This document shows, piece by piece, positions 11,686 to 21,008 of a stretch of DNA of 47,003 bases; within the stretch, counting starts at the first letter, position 1, and every line of letters begins with the position of its first letter. The stretch is from an uncultured Solibacteraceae bacterium (GTDB lineage: Bacteria; Acidobacteriota; Vicinamibacteria; Vicinamibacterales; SCN-69-37): the NCBI GenBank assembly GCA_964573795.1, contig CAZNMF010000261.1, positions 1 through 47,003 of the forward strand, written 5' to 3'. A model generated the notes under the pieces. It worked only from the letters and a program-made list of their open reading frames with translations, was not told the DNA's origin and did no database searches. The position numbers and the translations under genes are program-made.

Positions 11686-12966
11686 ATGCTCGATGCCGCG
11701 TTCGTCCGCGATCACCTGGCCGAGGTCGAGGCCCGTCTGCGCGCCAGGGGGATGGATCCGTCGCGCGAGCTGTCGGAGATCGCCTCGCTCGATGCCGAGC
11801 GCCGGCGGCTGATTCCCCTGGTCGAGACGTTGAAGCGCGAGCAGAACGCGGCCGGCGAGGCCGTGGCGCGCGCAAAGAAGGCAGGGCAGGACGCGAGCGA
11901 GATCTTCGCGGCGAACAAGGCCCGCGCCGCAGAGATCAAGACGCACGAGGTGGAGCTCGACGCGATCGAAACGCGCCGCGAGGCGTTGATGCTCACGCTG
12001 CCGAACGTCCCGCACGAGAGCGTGCCGGTCGGCAGGTCCGCGGAAGACAACCCCGAAGTGCGGCGCTGGGGCACGCCGCGCGCGTTCGACTTCGAGCCGA
12101 AGCCGCACTGGGATCTCGGCGTCGATCTCGGCATCCTCGATTTCGAGCGCGCGACGCGGATGTCGGGCGCGCGATTCTCGGTCCTCTCCGGCGCCGGCGC
12201 GCGCCTCGCGCGCGGGCTCATCAACTTCATGCTCGACCTGCACACGCGCGAGCACGGCTACCGCGAAGTGGAGCCGCCGTTCCTCGTGAATCGCAAGGCG
12301 CTGACGGGCACCGGCAATCTGCCGAAGTTCGAGCCGGATCTGTTTCGCATCGCCGGCGACTGGGACCTGTTCCTTATCCCGACGGCGGAAGTGCCGCTGA
12401 CGAACCTGCACCGTGAAGAAATCCTGGACGGCGCGCGACTGCCGTTGCGATACACGGCCTATACGCCGTGCTTCCGCAGCGAGGCCGGGTCGTACGGCGC
12501 GGATGTGCGCGGACTGATCCGTCAGCACCAGTTCGACAAGGTCGAGCTCGTGAAGTTCACGACGGCCGAGCAGTCCTATGACGAGCTCGAGTCGCTGACG
12601 CGCAATGCCGAGACCGTGCTCGAGAAGCTCGGCCTGCCGTATCGGCGCGTGCTGCTCTGCACCGGCGACATGGGCTTCGCGTCGGCCAAGACGTACGACA
12701 TCGAGGTCTGGCTGCCGAGCCAGCAGACCTATCGCGAGATCTCGTCCTGCAGCAACACCGAAGCCTTCCAGGCGCGGCGCGCGCAGATTCGCTACAAGCC
12801 CGCAGGCGGCGGCAAGAACCAGTTCGCGCACACGCTCAACGGATCGGGCCTCGCCGTCGGCCGCACGCTGATCGCGGTGCTCGAGAACGGCCAGCAGAAG
12901 GACGGCTCGGTCGTCGTGCCAGACGCGTTGCAGCCGTACGTCGGCCTCGAGATCATTCGCGCCTGA
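11686..12966 (+). CDS. serS: serine--tRNA ligase
   Basis: 426 aa. N-terminal coiled-coil arm ([22 protein letters not shown]...) and class II core motifs ([35 protein letters not shown]). Confidence 0.95.
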   Translation: MLDAAFVRDHLAEVEARLRARGMDPSRELSEIASLDAERRRLIPLVETLKREQNAAGEAVARAKKAGQDASEIFAANKARAAEIKTHEVELDAIETRREALMLTLPNVPHESVPVGRSAEDNPEVRRWGTPRAFDFEPKPHWDLGVDLGILDFERATRMSGARFSVLSGAGARLARGLINFMLDLHTREHGYREVEPPFLVNRKALTGTGNLPKFEPDLFRIAGDWDLFLIPTAEVPLTNLHREEILDGARLPLRYTAYTPCFRSEAGSYGADVRGLIRQHQFDKVELVKFTTAEQSYDELESLTRNAETVLEKLGLPYRRVLLCTGDMGFASAKTYDIEVWLPSQQTYREISSCSNTEAFQARRAQIRYKPAGGGKNQFAHTLNGSGLAVGRTLIAVLENGQQKDGSVVVPDALQPYVGLEIIRA

Positions 12967-13038
12967 TGAACGTCGCGCGTGTCCGCAGGCGGTCGCGAGC
13001 CGGCCGTGGCGACGGTCCCGAGCTAGAATCGTTGGCAC

Positions 13039-13128
13039 GGAGAGGTGGCCGAGCGGTTTAAGGCGGCGGTCTTGAAAACCGTTGAAGCCGAAAGGCTTCC
13101 AGGGGTTCGAATCCCTTCCTCTCCGCCA
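13039..13128 (+). tRNA. tRNA-Ser (anticodon UGA), CCA encoded
   Basis: GGAGAGG acceptor 5' arm pairs with CCTCTCC. The anticodon loop is CTTGAAA (TGA). The long variable arm is AAGCC-GAAA-GGCTT. The T-arm has a GGTTCGAATCC loop, followed by discriminator G and CCA. A TAGAAT -10-like hexamer sits at 13024-13029. Confidence 0.92.
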
Positions 13129-13129
13129 A

Positions 13130-13242
13130 CCTTCGCCAAACGCTCGCTGCGCTCGCGGCTACGGTTGGCAAGCCGCGTCAGGGCGCTCACGCGAAGGTTG
13201 TCCTCCGAAGCCAGCTCGCGAAGCGAGCGCCTTAGGCGAAGG
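13130..13242. repeat. Long imperfect inverted repeat (hairpin-forming) between tRNA-Ser and the convergent dedA gene
   Basis: CCTTCGCC(13130-13137) pairs with GGCGAAGG(13235-13242), and CGCTCGCT(13141-13148) pairs with AGCGAGCG(13222-13229). Internal shorter complementary segments are also present. It probably acts as a bidirectional terminator or a REP-like element. Confidence 0.4.
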
Positions 13243-13274
13243 AGGACTTCGCCTCTCGTCAAACGCCCGTTAGT

Positions 13275-13883
13275 CTATGAGCCGCGCCGAGTCGGTCCCT
13301 TCCGCCGCGTAATCCACGCGAGCGCCGCCGCGCCCATCAGCAGCACGACGATGCCGGCGATGCGGCCGTGGATCTCGATCTCGCGCGCTGCGGTTTCCCA
13401 GCGATCGCCGAGATACACGCCGAGCGTGATGAACGTGATCGACCAGACGATCGCGCCGCTGTATGCGAACGCGGCGAATAGACCGAACTCGAGATTGGCC
13501 GCGCCGGCGACCAGCGCCGTCAGGTGGCGAAGGCCGGGCACGAAGTAGCCGAACGTCAGGCTCCATTTGCCCGCCCGCCTGAAGACCGCCCGCACGTCCT
13601 CGATGCTGTCGGTCGGCACGCGCAGGCGGTGTCCGTGACGCTGGATCACGATGATGCCGGCGGCCCGTCCGATCAGGTAGCTGATCGTGATACCGACGGC
13701 GCTGCCGAACATCGCGGCGGCATACGTCGGTCCGGCGTGGAGGCGCGACTGGTCGATGAGCATGCCGGCGATGATGAGCAGTGTCTCATCGGGCACCGGC
13801 AGGCCGGCCACGCCGAGCACGAGCAGGCCGAACAGCGCCAGGCTTCCGTGCGCCGCGAGCGAGTCCACGAGCGTCTGTGCCAT
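13275..13883 (-). CDS. DedA-family (SNARE-associated) inner-membrane protein
   Basis: 202 aa, multi-TM. GLPVPDETLLIIAG and FGYFVPGLRHL segments are typical of DedA proteins. Confidence 0.8.
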   Translation of the reverse strand: MAQTLVDSLAAHGSLALFGLLVLGVAGLPVPDETLLIIAGMLIDQSRLHAGPTYAAAMFGSAVGITISYLIGRAAGIIVIQRHGHRLRVPTDSIEDVRAVFRRAGKWSLTFGYFVPGLRHLTALVAGAANLEFGLFAAFAYSGAIVWSITFITLGVYLGDRWETAAREIEIHGRIAGIVVLLMGAAALAWITRRKGPTRRGS

Positions 13884-13931
13884 CGTCGAGCTGGCCTGGC
13901 GCCAGCATATCGGACGCGGCGGACGCGCGGA

Positions 13932-14999
13932 TCAGCCGCCGGCCGGCGATCGTGATTCCGCCGCGGGCGCGGCGAGCCCGCAGGTGGGGCAGAAGCGGAA
14001 GAACATGTTCTTGCGCGTCGAGCACTGCGGGCAGTGATCGAAGAGGCGCAGGCCGCAATGCACGCAGAAGTCGGCCGGCGCGCCGTCGCCGGCCTGCAGC
14101 GGTCGATCGCAGCCGGGGCACACTTTCGCGGCGAGCTTCTTCAAGGCATCGTCGGACGTCAACGCCGTGCGGCGCGCGGCATCGGACTGCCGCTCGAGCG
14201 CCTCGCGCTGCGCAAGGTACCGCCGCATGCCCTTGATGATGTAGTGGCCCGCCACGGCTGTCAGCAGGATGCCGACGCCGTATCGGACGTAGCCGCCATA
14301 GCTCGGGAGATAGGGCACGAGCTCGACGAAGAACGCAAACGCGGCGAACAGCACGAATCCGCGCATGAGCGGCCAGTAGTCACTGTGACGTTTCCGCGCC
14401 ACGAAGAACGCCGCCAGCACCAGCAGCGGCAGCGTAATCGCGAGCCGGGCGAGGAAGATGCGGAGCTCCTGGCGAAACTGCGCACGCTCGTAGGCCGTAT
14501 CGGCAGCCGCCAGGAGATCGGCCTCGCGGCGATGACTGGCGTCGAGGCGCTGCGTCCGATCGAGGCGATCGCTGGTGAGCCGTTCGACCGCCGCTTCGGC
14601 GTCGCGATTGCGCGCCTGCAAGGCGTCGAGCGCGCGCGTGCGCGTCAGGACTTCGGGATCCTGGCTCGGATCGACGGTCGCGACGCGACTGGCGATCCAG
14701 TTCGCGTAGGCCGATCGCGCGGACTGATACGCGTTGTCGGCCGCTTCCTGCGTGAGCCTGGCGCGCGCGAGATTGTCGTCGATGTCGCGAATCTCGCGCT
14801 GCAGCGCCGTGCCGTCGACGCGCGCAGCCTCGAGCGCCGCCCGATCCGCGAATTGATCGCGGGTCACTTCGCTGCTCAAGCGGGGGAGATCGGCGATGAC
14901 GCGGTTGCCCAGGCCGATGAGGAAGATGGCGAACGCGATGGAGACGATCCACAACAGGGCGGCGAAGATACGTTCGGACGCGCGCAGACTCTTGGCCAT
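13932..14999 (-). CDS. Membrane protein with coiled-coil region and C-terminal double zinc ribbon (hypothetical)
   Basis: 355 aa. One N-terminal TM, roughly 170 aa of Ala/Arg/Asp-rich helical sequence, three further TM segments, then CPGCDRPL...CVHCGLRLFDHCPQCSTRKNMFFRFCPTCG (four CxxC pairs). A GGAG RBS lies 8 nt upstream of the ATG. Confidence 0.65.
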   Translation of the reverse strand: MAKSLRASERIFAALLWIVSIAFAIFLIGLGNRVIADLPRLSSEVTRDQFADRAALEAARVDGTALQREIRDIDDNLARARLTQEAADNAYQSARSAYANWIASRVATVDPSQDPEVLTRTRALDALQARNRDAEAAVERLTSDRLDRTQRLDASHRREADLLAAADTAYERAQFRQELRIFLARLAITLPLLVLAAFFVARKRHSDYWPLMRGFVLFAAFAFFVELVPYLPSYGGYVRYGVGILLTAVAGHYIIKGMRRYLAQREALERQSDAARRTALTSDDALKKLAAKVCPGCDRPLQAGDGAPADFCVHCGLRLFDHCPQCSTRKNMFFRFCPTCGLAAPAAESRSPAGG

Positions 15000-15083
15000 G
15001 GGGAGCTCCGTTCACTGCTCATTGACCGTCAGGCCCGCCGGGCCGTCGGCCGCAAATTGCGATACACCCCTCGTTCCGGTCCG

Positions 15084-15770
15084 TTACAACCGCGCTGGCG
15101 CCGGGGCCAGCCCGCGAATCCGTGCTTCCAGAAACGTCGTCGCCTCGTCCCAGGATGCCGGCAGCGCCTCGGTCGAGATTGGCGGACCGACGACGGCCGT
15201 GACCCCGCGCCGATAGCGCCAGAAGCCGATCGCGGTGAGGAAATACTGCACCGACGGCCGCGCGCGCGTCATCCACGCACCTGGGTGCCGTGGATAGTGC
15301 AGATGGAGCGGCACGATCGAAATGGGACTGCCGCGGCGCGTCGCTGCGCATGCTGCCATGTACGCCGCACCGCGCTTGAACGTGCCGTGCCGGCCGTCCA
15401 TGTGTGCCCACCCCTCCGGAAACACGACGAGACGCTCGCCAGCCGCGAGCAGGCGGATGCCGGCCGCCAGCTCGCGCCGGCCGCCGGACGGACGAAGATC
15501 GACGGCGACTGCGCCGGCAGGGCCGAGAACCAGCGCGGCCAGTCCTCGGCCGAAGCGCAGCACGCCGCGCGCAATGAAATAGCGCGGCCGCGCGCGGGCG
15601 CCGAGCGTCAAGCCGATGACCGGCCCGTCGGCGTAGTGCGTGTGATTGGCCACGGCCAGGTACGGCACGTCCGGCGGCGGCAGACGCTCGCGGCCGACGA
15701 CGGTGATCTTGCCGACCTGGATGAAGACGAGAATCCGCGCGAGCCGAAGCACCCATCGCACGGCGCGCAA
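15084..15770 (-). CDS. Lysophospholipid (1-acyl-sn-glycerol-3-phosphate) acyltransferase family protein
   Basis: 228 aa. VANHTHYADG (the HX4D acyltransferase motif) and VVFPEGW (the FPEG motif). Confidence 0.8.
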   Translation of the reverse strand: MRAVRWVLRLARILVFIQVGKITVVGRERLPPPDVPYLAVANHTHYADGPVIGLTLGARARPRYFIARGVLRFGRGLAALVLGPAGAVAVDLRPSGGRRELAAGIRLLAAGERLVVFPEGWAHMDGRHGTFKRGAAYMAACAATRRGSPISIVPLHLHYPRHPGAWMTRARPSVQYFLTAIGFWRYRRGVTAVVGPPISTEALPASWDEATTFLEARIRGLAPAPARL

Positions 15771-15858
15771 CGATGGAGCCGGGCCGACGTGACCCGGCTC
15801 ACAAACGTCCGCGATGTACCGCGCCGCGCGCGCCCGCAGCGACAGGGCCAGACCGCTC

Positions 15859-16368
15859 CTATTTCCTGCCGGGAAGCGGGAAGAGCACCGCGAGGTTGAT
15901 GACCATCGTGTTCGCGTTGTGAATCCCCGACGAGTACACGGCCTCGAGCACCACCTGCTCGCGCCATTCCGGCTTCTTGTAGCGGAACCCGGTCACGATG
16001 TTGAGCACGGGCTTCGTCTCGGAGAAGCCCTCGTCGCCGAAGTGCTGCACGCCGACGCCCATGCCGATGTATGGATGCGCGTTGATTTCCGCGGCGAGCG
16101 GAATGTCCCAGAGCATGTTCGCGTCGCCCTGAAATCCGCCGTTGCCGAAGTACTTCTCGACCCGGGGACTGAAGACGAGCGGCTTGAAGATGATCGCGTC
16201 CGGCGTCTTGGCTGGAATCCAGCCGAGACCGGTGATGAGCCAATACGCGCCGGGCGAATCGAAGAGATAACCCGGGCCGGCGCCGACGAGCGTTTGTGCG
16301 GCTGCAGGACGGCTGCAGAGCACGAGGAAGCCGAAGACGATCCACACGAGGTGACGAGATCTGCGCAT
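15859..16368 (-). CDS. Secreted / outer-membrane-like hypothetical protein
   Basis: The ATG at 16368 is preceded by GGAGG with 7-nt spacing. Signal peptide MRRSRHLVWIVFGFLVLCSRPAAAQ. The Gly/aromatic-rich mature part shows alternating hydrophobic residues suggestive of beta strands. Confidence 0.55.
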   Translation of the reverse strand: MRRSRHLVWIVFGFLVLCSRPAAAQTLVGAGPGYLFDSPGAYWLITGLGWIPAKTPDAIIFKPLVFSPRVEKYFGNGGFQGDANMLWDIPLAAEINAHPYIGMGVGVQHFGDEGFSETKPVLNIVTGFRYKKPEWREQVVLEAVYSSGIHNANTMVINLAVLFPLPGRK

Positions 16369-16451
16369 CGAGGAACCTCCGAGTCCCAAGGGCGCGGAGA
16401 CTCTAACACGGCCGGCCGCGGGGCTATGATCGCCGCGCGGAGGGCTGGCAC

Positions 16452-16973
16452 GTGGGGGTGGTCGCTCGGGTCAAATGGGCGCAGTTCGTCGAGCTCGTGA
16501 CGGCACCCGGCTTCGTCGCCGCCGGTCTCTGGACGGCCGGGCTCAGCCGCGCCGCGCTGGGCTCGGGCGCGATCGGGCTGCTGGTCTGCTGGCCGCTCGC
16601 GGAATGGTGGCTCCACCGATCGCTTCTGCACCGCACCCTGCGCGCGGAGCACTGGCACCATCACGAGGATCCGATGAGCGACGTCCACGTCACGCCGTTC
16701 CTGCCGGACGTCGTGATGCTCGCCGTGTTCGGCCTGTGCCTGCTGATCGGCGGCCGCGCGATCGGCGGAGGTTTCTTCGCGGGCTTTGCAGCCGGATACG
16801 TGACGTTCTACTACGCGCACCTGTGCGTGCACGCCGGTTTCTGGCCGAAGACGGGGTGGCTGGGCGACATCGCGCGCCGGCACGACATCCACCATCGAGG
16901 CGTCGAGGCGAACTACAACGTCCTGCTGCCGCTCGGCGACTGGCTCTTCGGGACCTACGTTCGCGCCGCCTGA
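16452..16973 (+). CDS. Fatty acid hydroxylase / sterol desaturase superfamily membrane protein (small)
   Basis: 173 aa with histidine boxes HRSLLH, HWHHH, HLCVH and HDIHH. A GGAGGG RBS lies 8 nt upstream of GTG 16452. The 3' end overlaps the convergent DUF899 gene by 19 nt. Confidence 0.7.
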   Translation: MGVVARVKWAQFVELVTAPGFVAAGLWTAGLSRAALGSGAIGLLVCWPLAEWWLHRSLLHRTLRAEHWHHHEDPMSDVHVTPFLPDVVMLAVFGLCLLIGGRAIGGGFFAGFAAGYVTFYYAHLCVHAGFWPKTGWLGDIARRHDIHHRGVEANYNVLLPLGDWLFGTYVRAA

Positions 16974-17776
16974 TCCGCGGCGTTGTCGGCGCGATGACAG
17001 CAGGCGTCCGGTTCGGCCGCTGCGCGATAGCGCCCGCTCGCGTCGACGCTCCCGCCGGCATCGTAACGATCGTGATGCCGGACCCAGTCCACCAGGCTGT
17101 GGTGCGGGCCGTGCTCGTCGCGGCCCTTCGGCGTCATGTCGAGCAGGACGTACGTGCCGAGGCCGAGCTCGCCGCCGCGGGCGTAGGTCGAGTACGTATG
17201 GAAGATCTCGCCGTCGTCCTTGTAGAAGACGCTCATGCCCGCGGCCTCGTCTCCGACATACGGCTGCGTCGCGTAGTTGTAGTAGACGGTGCCGGCGGCT
17301 GCGTCCTCCGATTTGAAGGACACGTGGAAGTCGTAGTTGAAATCGCTGCCGAACGACGACACCCATTTGAAGGACCAGCCCATCCGCCGCTTGAACGCCT
17401 CGATCTCCGCCAGCGGCGCGCGTGACACGACGACGTAGCTGACGTCGCGTTGCGCAAGGTGGACGAGCGCGGCGTCGACGTGATCGGCGCCGAACGAGCA
17501 GCCGACGCAGCCTTCCGTCCATCCGGGCCCGAACATGAAATGGTTGACGATCAGCTGCGAGCGTCCCGCGAACAGATCGGCGAGCGTCTCGCGGCCGGAC
17601 GGGCCGTCGAAGGCGTAGGGCTTGTCGACCTTGACCCACGGCAACGCGCGTCGATCGCGATTGAGCGCGTCGTAGGCGCGCGTGAACGCCTTCTCCTTCG
17701 CGAGCAGCGCCTGACGCGCGGCCATCCATTCCGCGCGGGAGACGATGGCGGGGCGTTCCAGGCGACGCGTGATCAT
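16955..17776 (-). CDS. DUF899-family thioredoxin-fold protein
   Basis: 273 aa. VSRAEWMAARQALLAKEKAFTRAYDALNRDRRALPWVKVDKPYAFDGPSG...LIVNHFMFGPGWTEGCVGCS is the characteristic DUF899 pattern. Starts 10 nt after the TetR stop. Confidence 0.8.
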   Translation of the reverse strand: MITRRLERPAIVSRAEWMAARQALLAKEKAFTRAYDALNRDRRALPWVKVDKPYAFDGPSGRETLADLFAGRSQLIVNHFMFGPGWTEGCVGCSFGADHVDAALVHLAQRDVSYVVVSRAPLAEIEAFKRRMGWSFKWVSSFGSDFNYDFHVSFKSEDAAAGTVYYNYATQPYVGDEAAGMSVFYKDDGEIFHTYSTYARGGELGLGTYVLLDMTPKGRDEHGPHHSLVDWVRHHDRYDAGGSVDASGRYRAAAEPDACCHRADNAADQAART

Positions 17777-17786
17777 GACGGGCTCC

Positions 17787-18476
17787 TCATCTGGGGTCGT
17801 TCGCGCGAAGGGATTTCAGATACTTCACGATCTGTTTCTTGCCGGACTGCAGGATGCGCGCGTCCTGCGCGTTCTTCGCGAGCGACACATAGCCTTCGTA
17901 GACGGCGACGATGAACGTCGCCGCTTCGGCCGGATCGACGTCGCGCCGGACCAGCCCGCGCGCGCGGCCACGGCGGAGCGCGGACGCAATGGCGTCGCGC
18001 CACTCGCCGAAGAGCCCCGCGAGCTTCGTGCGGAAGGTCTCGTCGAGCGGCGACATCTCCTGCGACAGGTTGTTCAAGGGGCAGCCGCGCCGGATGTCTT
18101 CGGGCGCGATCGACGTCGCCTCGACGATGGCGATGAGCGCGGCGATCGGATCGGCCGCGTCGGCCAGCGGCTGCACCCATTTCCCGCGCGTGAATGGGGC
18201 GAGGACCTCGTCGACGATCGCGTGTCCGAGCGCGTCCTTGCCGGGGAAATGGTGATAGAGCGCGCCCTTCGTCACGCCAGACCCGTCGAGGATCGTGTCG
18301 AGATCCGTGCCCTGGAACCCGGCCTCGTGCACGTGGGCGAACGCCTTGCGGAGCAGCCGTTCGCGCGTCCGCGCCGGATCGCGGGGCGGCGGCGCGGTCG
18401 TGCGCCGGAACGGCGGAGGCGTGGTCGACATACCAACTGGTATGTATGTCGAATCGCCCGCCGGCGTCAAGGGCAA
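17787..18476 (-). CDS. TetR/AcrR-family transcriptional regulator
   Basis: HTH region RERLLRKAFAHVHEAGFQGTDLDTILDGSGVTKGALYHHFPGKDAL. The start is uncertain: 18476 or the internal ATG at 18431 (MSTTPPP...). Confidence 0.88.
   Translation of the reverse strand: MPLTPAGDSTYIPVGMSTTPPPFRRTTAPPPRDPARTRERLLRKAFAHVHEAGFQGTDLDTILDGSGVTKGALYHHFPGKDALGHAIVDEVLAPFTRGKWVQPLADAADPIAALIAIVEATSIAPEDIRRGCPLNNLSQEMSPLDETFRTKLAGLFGEWRDAIASALRRGRARGLVRRDVDPAEAATFIVAVYEGYVSLAKNAQDARILQSGKKQIVKYLKSLRANDPR
18425..18452. promoter_or_regulatory. Nested palindrome, candidate TetR operator in the tetR/yjbQ divergent region
   Basis: TCGACATAC(18425-18433)-10 nt-GTATGTCGA(18444-18452) forms 9-bp perfect arms. A nested ACATACC-AACT-GGTATGT repeat is also present. 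The element overlaps the alternative tetR start codon. Confidence 0.45.
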
Positions 18477-18505
18477 AACGCCGGCGATGCAGGCACCATA
18501 GACGG

Positions 18506-18934
18506 ATGCTGAGACAGACGATCTCGACGCTGGCCGTCGCGACCCGCGGGCGCGGCTTCCGCGACATCACCGGCGAGGTGCAGCGGCTCGTCGCGCAGGC
18601 CGCGATCGACACGGGCCTGTGCACCCTGCACCTGCAGCACACGTCGGCGTCCCTGCTGATTCAGGAGAACGCCGATCCCGACGTGCGCCGCGATTTCGAG
18701 CGATTCTTCGAGCGGCTCGTCCCGGACGGCGACCCGCTCTTCGTGCACACCGTCGAAGGCGACGACGACATGCCCGCGCACGTGCGGACGGCGCTGACGA
18801 CGGTCAACCTGAGCATTCCCGTCGCCAACGGCCGGCTCGCGCTCGGCACGTGGCAGGGCATCTACGTGTGGGAGCACCGGACGGCGCCGCACAGGCGCAC
18901 CGTCGTCGTCCACGTCATCGGCGGCGACGTGTGA
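18506..18934 (+). CDS. YjbQ/UPF0047-family protein (secondary thiamine-phosphate synthase-like)
   Basis: The ATG at 18506 gives MLRQTISTLAVATRGRGFRDITGEVQRLV...CTLHLQHTSASLLIQENADPDVRRD...DDMPAHVRTALT...IPVANGRLALGTWQGIYVWEHR. 142 aa, the typical YjbQ pattern. Confidence 0.85.
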   Translation: MLRQTISTLAVATRGRGFRDITGEVQRLVAQAAIDTGLCTLHLQHTSASLLIQENADPDVRRDFERFFERLVPDGDPLFVHTVEGDDDMPAHVRTALTTVNLSIPVANGRLALGTWQGIYVWEHRTAPHRRTVVVHVIGGDV

Positions 18935-18961
18935 GCGCCGCGCCGCACGACCGGCCGGGCG

Positions 18962-20986
18962 CTACCAGATCGTCACGCGCATCGCCGGCTCGCGATAGAG
19001 CGTGTCGCCGGGCTTCACGTTGAAGGCCTCGTAGAACGCGTCGATGTTCGACACCGGCCCGTTCACGCGGAACTCCGCCCACGCGTGCGGATCCTGCAGC
19101 ACCTGGCGCCGGAGGTACTCGTCGCGCGCCCTCGCGCGCCACACCTGCGCCCAGCCCATGAAGTAACGCTGATCGCCCGTCAGACCGTCGATGACGGGCG
19201 AGGGCGCGCCGTTGAGCGACAGCTTCCATGCCTTGTAGGCAATCGACAGGCCGCCGAGATCGCCGATGTTCTCGCCGACCGTCAGCTCGCCGTTGACGTT
19301 GAGGCCCGGCAGCGGGCTGTAGACGTTGAACTGTTTGACGAGCATGTCGACGCGCTTCTTGAACTCCGTCTCGTCGGCGGGCGTCCACCAGTCGTGCAGG
19401 CGGCCGTCGCCGTCGAAGCGGCGTCCCTGATCGTCGAAGCCGTGGCCGATCTCGTGGCCGATGACGGCGCCAATCGCCCCGTAGTTCGCCGCATCGTCAG
19501 CGGCCGGATCGAAGAACGGCGGCTGCAGAATCGCCGCGGGGAAGACGATCTCGTTGGTCGGCGGGTTGTAGTACGCGTTGACCGTCTGCGGCGTCATCAG
19601 CCAGTCCTGGCGATCGACGGGCCGGTTGAGCTTGGCGATCTGGTACTCGGACTCGAAGATCTGTGCGCGCTCGACGTCGCCGACGAGATCGCCCGGGACG
19701 ATGCGAAGGCCGCTGTAGTCGCGCCAGCGATTCGGATAGCCGATCTTCGTCCCGAACTTCGCAAGCTTGGCCAGCGCAGCCTGGCGTGTGGCCGGCGTCA
19801 TCCAGTCGAGCGTCGTGATGGACTGGCGATACGCTTCCAGGAGATTTGCGATCAGCCGCTCCATCCGCGCCTTCGACTCCGGCGGGAAGTACTTCGCGAC
19901 GTAGAGCCGGCCGAGCGCCTCGCCGATCGACCCGTCGATCAGCTGCACGCCGCGCTTCCAGCGATCGCGCTGCACCTGCTGGCCGCTGAGCACCGTGCCG
20001 AAGAAGGCGAATTGCGCGTCGGCGAACGGCTTGCTCAGCAGGGGCGCGTCGTGCGTGATGAGCTGCGCCGCGACCCACGCCTTCCACGTGGCGAGCGGCG
20101 TCGTCGGCACCATCGCGGCAAAGGCCTTGAAGAACGACGGCTGCGCGATGATCCACTCGTCGACTTTGTCGATGTGCTGCGGCGCCGCCCACGCCAGCCA
20201 GTCGAAGCCCGGCGCGTCGTCGCGCAGCTTCGACACGGGATACCGGTTGTGCGTCTTGAGCGCGTCGCGGCTCTCGACGTTCGTCCACTGCACGCGCGCC
20301 AGCTCGGTCTCGAGCGCGAGCACGGCCCTGGCGTCCGCGGCCGCGTTCGGCCGTCCCGCGAGCGTGAAGATCGTTTCGAGATACTCGCCGTACTTCGTGC
20401 GCGCCTCGACGAGCTTCGGATCGTCGACGAGGTAGTAGTCGCGATCGGGCAGCGCCGTGCCGCCCTGCTCGAGATAGAGGGCATGCTTCGTGGGATTGTC
20501 GACGTCCGCCTCGACGTAGCCGCCGACGGCGCCGGGCAGGCCGGCCATCGACAGCTTGCCCAGCAGCGTCGCCAGCTCGGTCGTCGTCTTGACCGCGTCG
20601 ATCTCGGCCAGATGCGCCGCGATCGGCTGCGCGCCGAGACGCTCGATGGCCGCCTCGTCCATGAACGTCTGGTAGAGGTCGCTGACCTGTTGCGCGGAGC
20701 TCCCCGGCTGCCTGTTCGGCTGCGCGGCGAGGCCCTCGATCACCCCGCGCAGGTCGGCGGTCGTCTTCTCCGCGATCTGGACGAACGTGCCGACGCTCGC
20801 GCGATCCGGCGGAATCTCCGTCCTCGCCAGCCACGTGCCGTTGACGTGCCGGTAGAAGTCGTCCTGGGCGCGAACCGCCGGATCGAATTGCGCCTTGTCG
20901 ATGCCGGACCGCAGCGTGCCCTGTGCGCCGACGATGACGACCGCCCCCGTCGCGATCAACGCCGCCAGCGTGCCTCGCGTGTGCAT
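18962..20986 (-). CDS. M13-family zinc metallopeptidase (PepO / endothelin-converting-enzyme-like)
   Basis: The ATG at 20986 has an AGGGAGAG RBS and a signal-like N-terminus MHTRGTLAALIATGAVVIVGAQG. HEIGHGFDDQG zinc motif, GENIGDLGG, and C-terminal ...MRVTIW. Confidence 0.9.
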   Translation of the reverse strand: MHTRGTLAALIATGAVVIVGAQGTLRSGIDKAQFDPAVRAQDDFYRHVNGTWLARTEIPPDRASVGTFVQIAEKTTADLRGVIEGLAAQPNRQPGSSAQQVSDLYQTFMDEAAIERLGAQPIAAHLAEIDAVKTTTELATLLGKLSMAGLPGAVGGYVEADVDNPTKHALYLEQGGTALPDRDYYLVDDPKLVEARTKYGEYLETIFTLAGRPNAAADARAVLALETELARVQWTNVESRDALKTHNRYPVSKLRDDAPGFDWLAWAAPQHIDKVDEWIIAQPSFFKAFAAMVPTTPLATWKAWVAAQLITHDAPLLSKPFADAQFAFFGTVLSGQQVQRDRWKRGVQLIDGSIGEALGRLYVAKYFPPESKARMERLIANLLEAYRQSITTLDWMTPATRQAALAKLAKFGTKIGYPNRWRDYSGLRIVPGDLVGDVERAQIFESEYQIAKLNRPVDRQDWLMTPQTVNAYYNPPTNEIVFPAAILQPPFFDPAADDAANYGAIGAVIGHEIGHGFDDQGRRFDGDGRLHDWWTPADETEFKKRVDMLVKQFNVYSPLPGLNVNGELTVGENIGDLGGLSIAYKAWKLSLNGAPSPVIDGLTGDQRYFMGWAQVWRARARDEYLRRQVLQDPHAWAEFRVNGPVSNIDAFYEAFNVKPGDTLYREPAMRVTIW

Positions 20987-21008
20987 ACGGCTCTCCCTTT
21001 GATGGGTC

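Noticed and set aside
11534-11875. An N-terminal extension of galU (404-aa ORF).
   Set aside because: The extension is Arg/Pro-rich and overlaps the serS start region. A GTG at 11533 with a strong GAAGGAG RBS gives a canonical 290-aa GalU.
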